Positions 60,433 through 64,000 of a stretch of 64,000 bases of DNA are shown piece after piece. The notes below the pieces were generated by a model. That model saw only the letters and a program-made list of their open reading frames with translations. It ran no database searches and was not told where the DNA came from. A program made the translations under genes and the position numbers. This DNA is from an uncultured Desulfospira sp. (GTDB lineage Bacteria > Desulfobacterota > Desulfobacteria > Desulfobacterales > Desulfobacteraceae), in contig OY760175.1 in NCBI GenBank assembly GCA_963663165.1, positions 4,256,001 to 4,320,000 on the forward strand. Direction: 5' to 3'. The first letter of the stretch is position 1. Every line of letters begins with the position of its first letter.

Positions 60433-61707
60433 ATGGGTGGGTATGGCTTAAAGGCTTTTTGTATGTTACTGGACAAAAATACCTTATCTTACCCTGGTTT
60501 TTATCAACTGGTGTTGTACGCGGTGGTGCTTGGGGCTGTGGTGGGGCTGGCAACGGCGGCGTTCCTGCTGGCCGAGCATTGGCTCACAGGGTTGGTCTGG
60601 GAAGAGATTCCCCGCCGGCTTGGGCCGTTTGGTCTGTATGCCCTTGTTGTCTGTACCGTTGGCGGTCTGTTGGTCGGGCTTTGCCAGCAATTTTTGGGGG
60701 ATTACCCCAAACCCATGAAAGAGGCCTTAGAAGATGTGCGCACAAAGGGCGGATTTGACGTGGCCCATGTGCCCCACGGGGTGGCAACTTCCCTGGTGTC
60801 TCTTGGCTTTGGGGCAGCCCTGGGACCGGAAGCGGCGTTGATCGGGCTCTCCGGGGGACTGGGCACCTGGGTGGCCCGCCGCATCAAAATGGGGGCACGC
60901 CAGGCCCATGCCCTGGCTTATTTCAGTGTAAGCGCAAGCCTGGGGGCATTTTTTTATTCCCCCTTCGGCAGTGCGGCCCTGCCCTTAGAATCCCCGGACG
61001 GGGATGAAATCCCCTCGGCCTGGGTGATGATTCCAGGCGTGTTTGCCGGGGTTGCGGGGCTTGCTGTGGCGTTGTTTCTGGCAGGGGAGGTCCTTAGGGG
61101 AACCTATGATTATCTGCCGTATAAAAGCCCCCGCAACGGCACGGACCTGCTCATGGCGGTTCCCCTGGGGCTGCTGGGGGCCATGGTGGGAAGGCTTTAC
61201 CTGAATTTTCACCATTATCTTACACTTTGGCTCAAGCCCCTGCACCGGCACAAAATTCTTCGCGGCCTGATGGGCGGCCTTGTGCTGGGCCTTTTGGCAA
61301 CGGCTTGCCCCCTTGTGTTGTTCTCTGGCCAGGCCGGCTTGAATGATCTTTTAATCCATGGCCAGCAAATGGGTGGGGGCCTGCTGGTTTTAACTGGCCT
61401 TGCCAAGGTGCTGGCATTGGGGGTGTGCGTGTCCACGGGCTGGAAAGGCGGGGAATTTTTCCCCATCATGTTTGCAGGGGCAGCCATCGGCCTGGGAACG
61501 GCCTGCCTGATTCCGGCTATCCATCCCATGGTGGGGCTGGCAACGGTGATGACAGCCGCTACCGCCGCACTGCTGAAAAAGCCCCTGGCCACCATTTTGA
61601 TTGTGGTGCTTTACATGCCCTCAGCCCTTATTGTTCCGATTACGGTGGGCGCTTTTATGGGCGCTGCCGTGTCCTTCCCCATTTCTTTTAAAAAGTCATT
61701 GGACTGA
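60433..61707 (+). CDS. ClC-family (YfeO-like) anion channel/transporter
   Basis: GAALGPEA and GWKGGEFFP motifs; start may be ATG 60463. Confidence 0.82.
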   Translation: MGGYGLKAFCMLLDKNTLSYPGFYQLVLYAVVLGAVVGLATAAFLLAEHWLTGLVWEEIPRRLGPFGLYALVVCTVGGLLVGLCQQFLGDYPKPMKEALEDVRTKGGFDVAHVPHGVATSLVSLGFGAALGPEAALIGLSGGLGTWVARRIKMGARQAHALAYFSVSASLGAFFYSPFGSAALPLESPDGDEIPSAWVMIPGVFAGVAGLAVALFLAGEVLRGTYDYLPYKSPRNGTDLLMAVPLGLLGAMVGRLYLNFHHYLTLWLKPLHRHKILRGLMGGLVLGLLATACPLVLFSGQAGLNDLLIHGQQMGGGLLVLTGLAKVLALGVCVSTGWKGGEFFPIMFAGAAIGLGTACLIPAIHPMVGLATVMTAATAALLKKPLATILIVVLYMPSALIVPITVGAFMGAAVSFPISFKKSLD

Positions 61708-61776
61708 AATCAGGGCTGCACAGACCGGAAGTTTTTTCAACCCCCGGTCTCCTGTTTTCGGTCTTCGGCCGCCATT

Positions 61777-62832
61777 TTATACGTTATACTTTATTTCATA
61801 AACTGGCAGCGCCTGTCCTGATTCTGTCAGGGCAAGGGAGGTTTCACTCACCTGCCCCAGCAGCGTGTTGTCCGCTGTGGTCAGGCCGAACTGGGACGAA
61901 ACGCTGTTAAGATAAATGGCCCCGATATCCGCGTCTTTGAGCCGGGTGAGGGTTCCTGAATTGTCTCCCGGGGTCCAGAGTACAAACTGGTCAAACATCT
62001 CATCGTTTTCGTCGATCCACAGGTTGTTGTCCTGGTCATATGCGGACAGTTCCCCAAATCCGTCCCCGGTGGCCGGGCCGAAAAGCTCACTGCCGTCATT
62101 GATGGTTCCGTCCCGGTTCAGGTCCAGTGCCAGGAAGGCGCAGCCGCTGTTGAGCTGCGGCAGATTTTCCGTTTCACCATCCAGGTCCAGGTCAAAGGAA
62201 AATTGGGCGGCCTCAACAAGCATAGGGGTTTCAACATTGGTCTGGATCACCAGAGGGTCCACCAGGGTGTAGCCTGATTCCGTGTACTGGACAAATGATT
62301 CCTGGAAAAATTGCCGCTCCATTAACAGGTCCATGGAAAAATCAATGGCCTGGTTATCGGCGGTCATTACCGTGCCCTGGCCTGAGACCGTGACGATTTC
62401 TTCTTCGCTGTGGGTATAAATTTCAGTTCTTGTGGTCTCCCATTGCCTAACCAGAGACCCCCCGAATTCAAAATTGAATCCCGCATAAATGTCATCTAAG
62501 CTGATCAATTGAAAGCTGGCGGACACCGACAGCTGTTCCTGGAATTTGTTGAGGATTTCCTGGGCGATCTGCTTTAAGATTTCCAGTTGGGCCATGAAAC
62601 TCTCCGTTAAGGACACGGTTTGAACAGTTTCTCCGGATACGGGATTAAAATGGGAACCGCCGGTGGACACCGCCGGCCCCCACAGCCCCCGGGGCAGGGC
62701 CGTGGGGGGGGTGTTCCGGGCCCCGGCCGCCATGACCTCATTGAATGAAACGGTCTCGCGGGTTTGGATGGTCTGGGTTTTTGAATAACTTCTGTCTGAT
62801 GAAAGGTTAAGGGAATAGGCATTGATTTTCAT
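61777..62832 (-). CDS. Conserved hypothetical protein with Asp-rich Ca-binding-like motifs
   Basis: DPLVI, FDLDLDG, LALDLNRDGTINDGSELFG, YDQDNNLWIDENDE. Confidence 0.75.
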   Translation of the reverse strand: MKINAYSLNLSSDRSYSKTQTIQTRETVSFNEVMAAGARNTPPTALPRGLWGPAVSTGGSHFNPVSGETVQTVSLTESFMAQLEILKQIAQEILNKFQEQLSVSASFQLISLDDIYAGFNFEFGGSLVRQWETTRTEIYTHSEEEIVTVSGQGTVMTADNQAIDFSMDLLMERQFFQESFVQYTESGYTLVDPLVIQTNVETPMLVEAAQFSFDLDLDGETENLPQLNSGCAFLALDLNRDGTINDGSELFGPATGDGFGELSAYDQDNNLWIDENDEMFDQFVLWTPGDNSGTLTRLKDADIGAIYLNSVSSQFGLTTADNTLLGQVSETSLALTESGQALPVYEIKYNV

Positions 62833-62932
62833 GCAGCCTCCTTCAGATTTGCCGGTGTCTTCCTCTTCTTGAGGCTGGACCGGGAAAAAAGATCACCGAC
62901 ATCGTCCTGGCTGCCGGACAACCTTACATCAA

Positions 62933-62948
62933 TGCAAGTTTCATGCCT
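62933..62948 (-). promoter_or_regulatory. sigma54 -24/-12 promoter
   Basis: Minus strand AGGCATGAAACTTGCA = GG-N10-GC, about 100 bp upstream of ATG 62832. Confidence 0.6.
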
Positions 62949-63102
62949 TTTTGATATCCACCTGAAATCCTATCAGATCCAAAACCCAGCCATTTTGAAG
63001 GGCGGCTGAAATGCGGTAAATTCTTCCTAGTTATCTGTTCAGGCATGACATAAAAAGATTGTAAAAAAGGTTTAGCGGCTAAACAATTTGCGGGGGCGAT
63101 AT

Positions 63103-63300
63103 ATGGAAATTAGATCAAACAAAATTCGTCCTTATGCCGTTCTGGTTGCGGGTGCCGCACTGATGTATTATTCAATCTGGACATGGGCCTTCCCGGCGGC
63201 CACCTGGTTTTTTCCCATTTTTTTGCTCCGGTTCAGCCGCACCCAAAAAAAACGTACCGGGTTACCGGATGTGTGGCTTTTCGTTCAAACCCTAATTATC
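63103..63300 (+). pseudogene. N-terminal remnant of a membrane nitrilase/Lnt-like protein
   Basis: W.FPAATWFFPIFLLRFSRTQK resembles the first helices of Lnt-like carbon-nitrogen hydrolases; the frame runs into the convergent RND gene. Confidence 0.4.
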
Positions 63301-64000
63301 GGTTGCCGTTACCCGGTACCAGGCCGCCACCATACAGGGCAGCACAAAAAGGGTTAAGATGGTGGCCCCCAGAAGCCCGCCGCCGATGCTCACGGCCATG
63401 GGCCCCCAGAATTTGTCCCGGGCCAGGGGCAGCATGCCCAGAATGGCCGCCGCAGCCGTGAGCATGATGGGCCTGAACCTGAAAACCGTGGCCTTGATAA
63501 TGGCATGGTACCGGCTTTCCCCGGCAGCCACCTGGCGGTCGATCTGGTCCATGAGGATTACCGAGTTCCTAATGATAATGCCGGACAGGGCCAGAATCCC
63601 CAGCTGAGCCAGAAAGCCCATAGGCATATTAAACAGCAGCAGCGAGGCAATGACGCCCATTAATCCTAAGGGCGCGGTCAGCAGGGTCAAGATCATGTTG
63701 GAAATGTTCTGGAGCTGGATCATGAGGATAATGACAATGATCATGAACATGGCCGGCACCATTTCCAGGATAAACCCGGTGGCCTTCCGGCTTTGTTCGG
63801 CCAGTCCGCCGATGTCAATGGCATACCCCGGTGGCAAATTTTCCCGGACGGGTTTAAGGGCGGTGTACAGTTTATTGGTAGCGTCGTTACCGGTGATGCC
63901 CGGGATAGTATCGGCCTGGACCGTGATGGTGGGTAAAAGGCTGCGCCGCTGGATCACCCCTTCTTCCATGCCAAACCCAATATCGGCAATCTGCTCTAAA
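63292..64000 (-). CDS. RND efflux permease (AcrB family), 3' part
   Basis: LPPGY, GIIIRNSVIL.D, RFRPIMLT...LGMLPL...PMAVSIGGGL. Confidence 0.93.
   Translation of the reverse strand, partial: LEQIADIGFGMEEGVIQRRSLLPTITVQADTIPGITGNDATNKLYTALKPVRENLPPGYAIDIGGLAEQSRKATGFILEMVPAMFMIIVIILMIQLQNISNMILTLLTAPLGLMGVIASLLLFNMPMGFLAQLGILALSGIIIRNSVILMDQIDRQVAAGESRYHAIIKATVFRFRPIMLTAAAAILGMLPLARDKFWGPMAVSIGGGLLGATILTLFVLPCMVAAWYRVTATDN

Overview
A 64 kb bacterial chromosomal window. The gene content (sigma54 regulators, corrinoid methyltransferases, pyruvate carboxylase) suggests an anaerobic Desulfobacterota-like organism; this is inference. Left arm (1-19.6 kb): a TonB-dependent receptor behind a long structured leader, a P1B ATPase, MFS, GMC oxidoreductase, Usp and Crp/Fnr genes, then a GntR-led cluster joining a cytoplasmic Mo/W-bisPGD enzyme, Fe-S subunit and NAD(P)H flavoprotein to two MtaA-type methyltransferases, a corrinoid protein and a RACo-type activator. 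Centre (19.9-45.1 kb): a BREX defence island (brxE-brxA-brxB-brxC-pglX-[ABC ATPase + DUF4276]-pglZ-brxL) broken by three clean insertions with intact target duplications. These are a 4.2 kb TG...CA transposon carrying a DDE transposase, an ExeA-type ATPase and a RepB-type primase (in brxL), and, in pglX, a 2.76 kb two-ORF Mutator/IS256-like element and an IS3-family element. Right arm: pyc-birA, a decaying fur-feoA-(TGA)-feoA gene next to a feoB stub, a hybrid kinase with a sigma54 activator, an MCP / kinase-dead CheA / CheW module, a ClC-type channel and a partial RND permease. I found no rRNA, tRNA or CRISPR array. All family calls come from motif recognition, not database searches.
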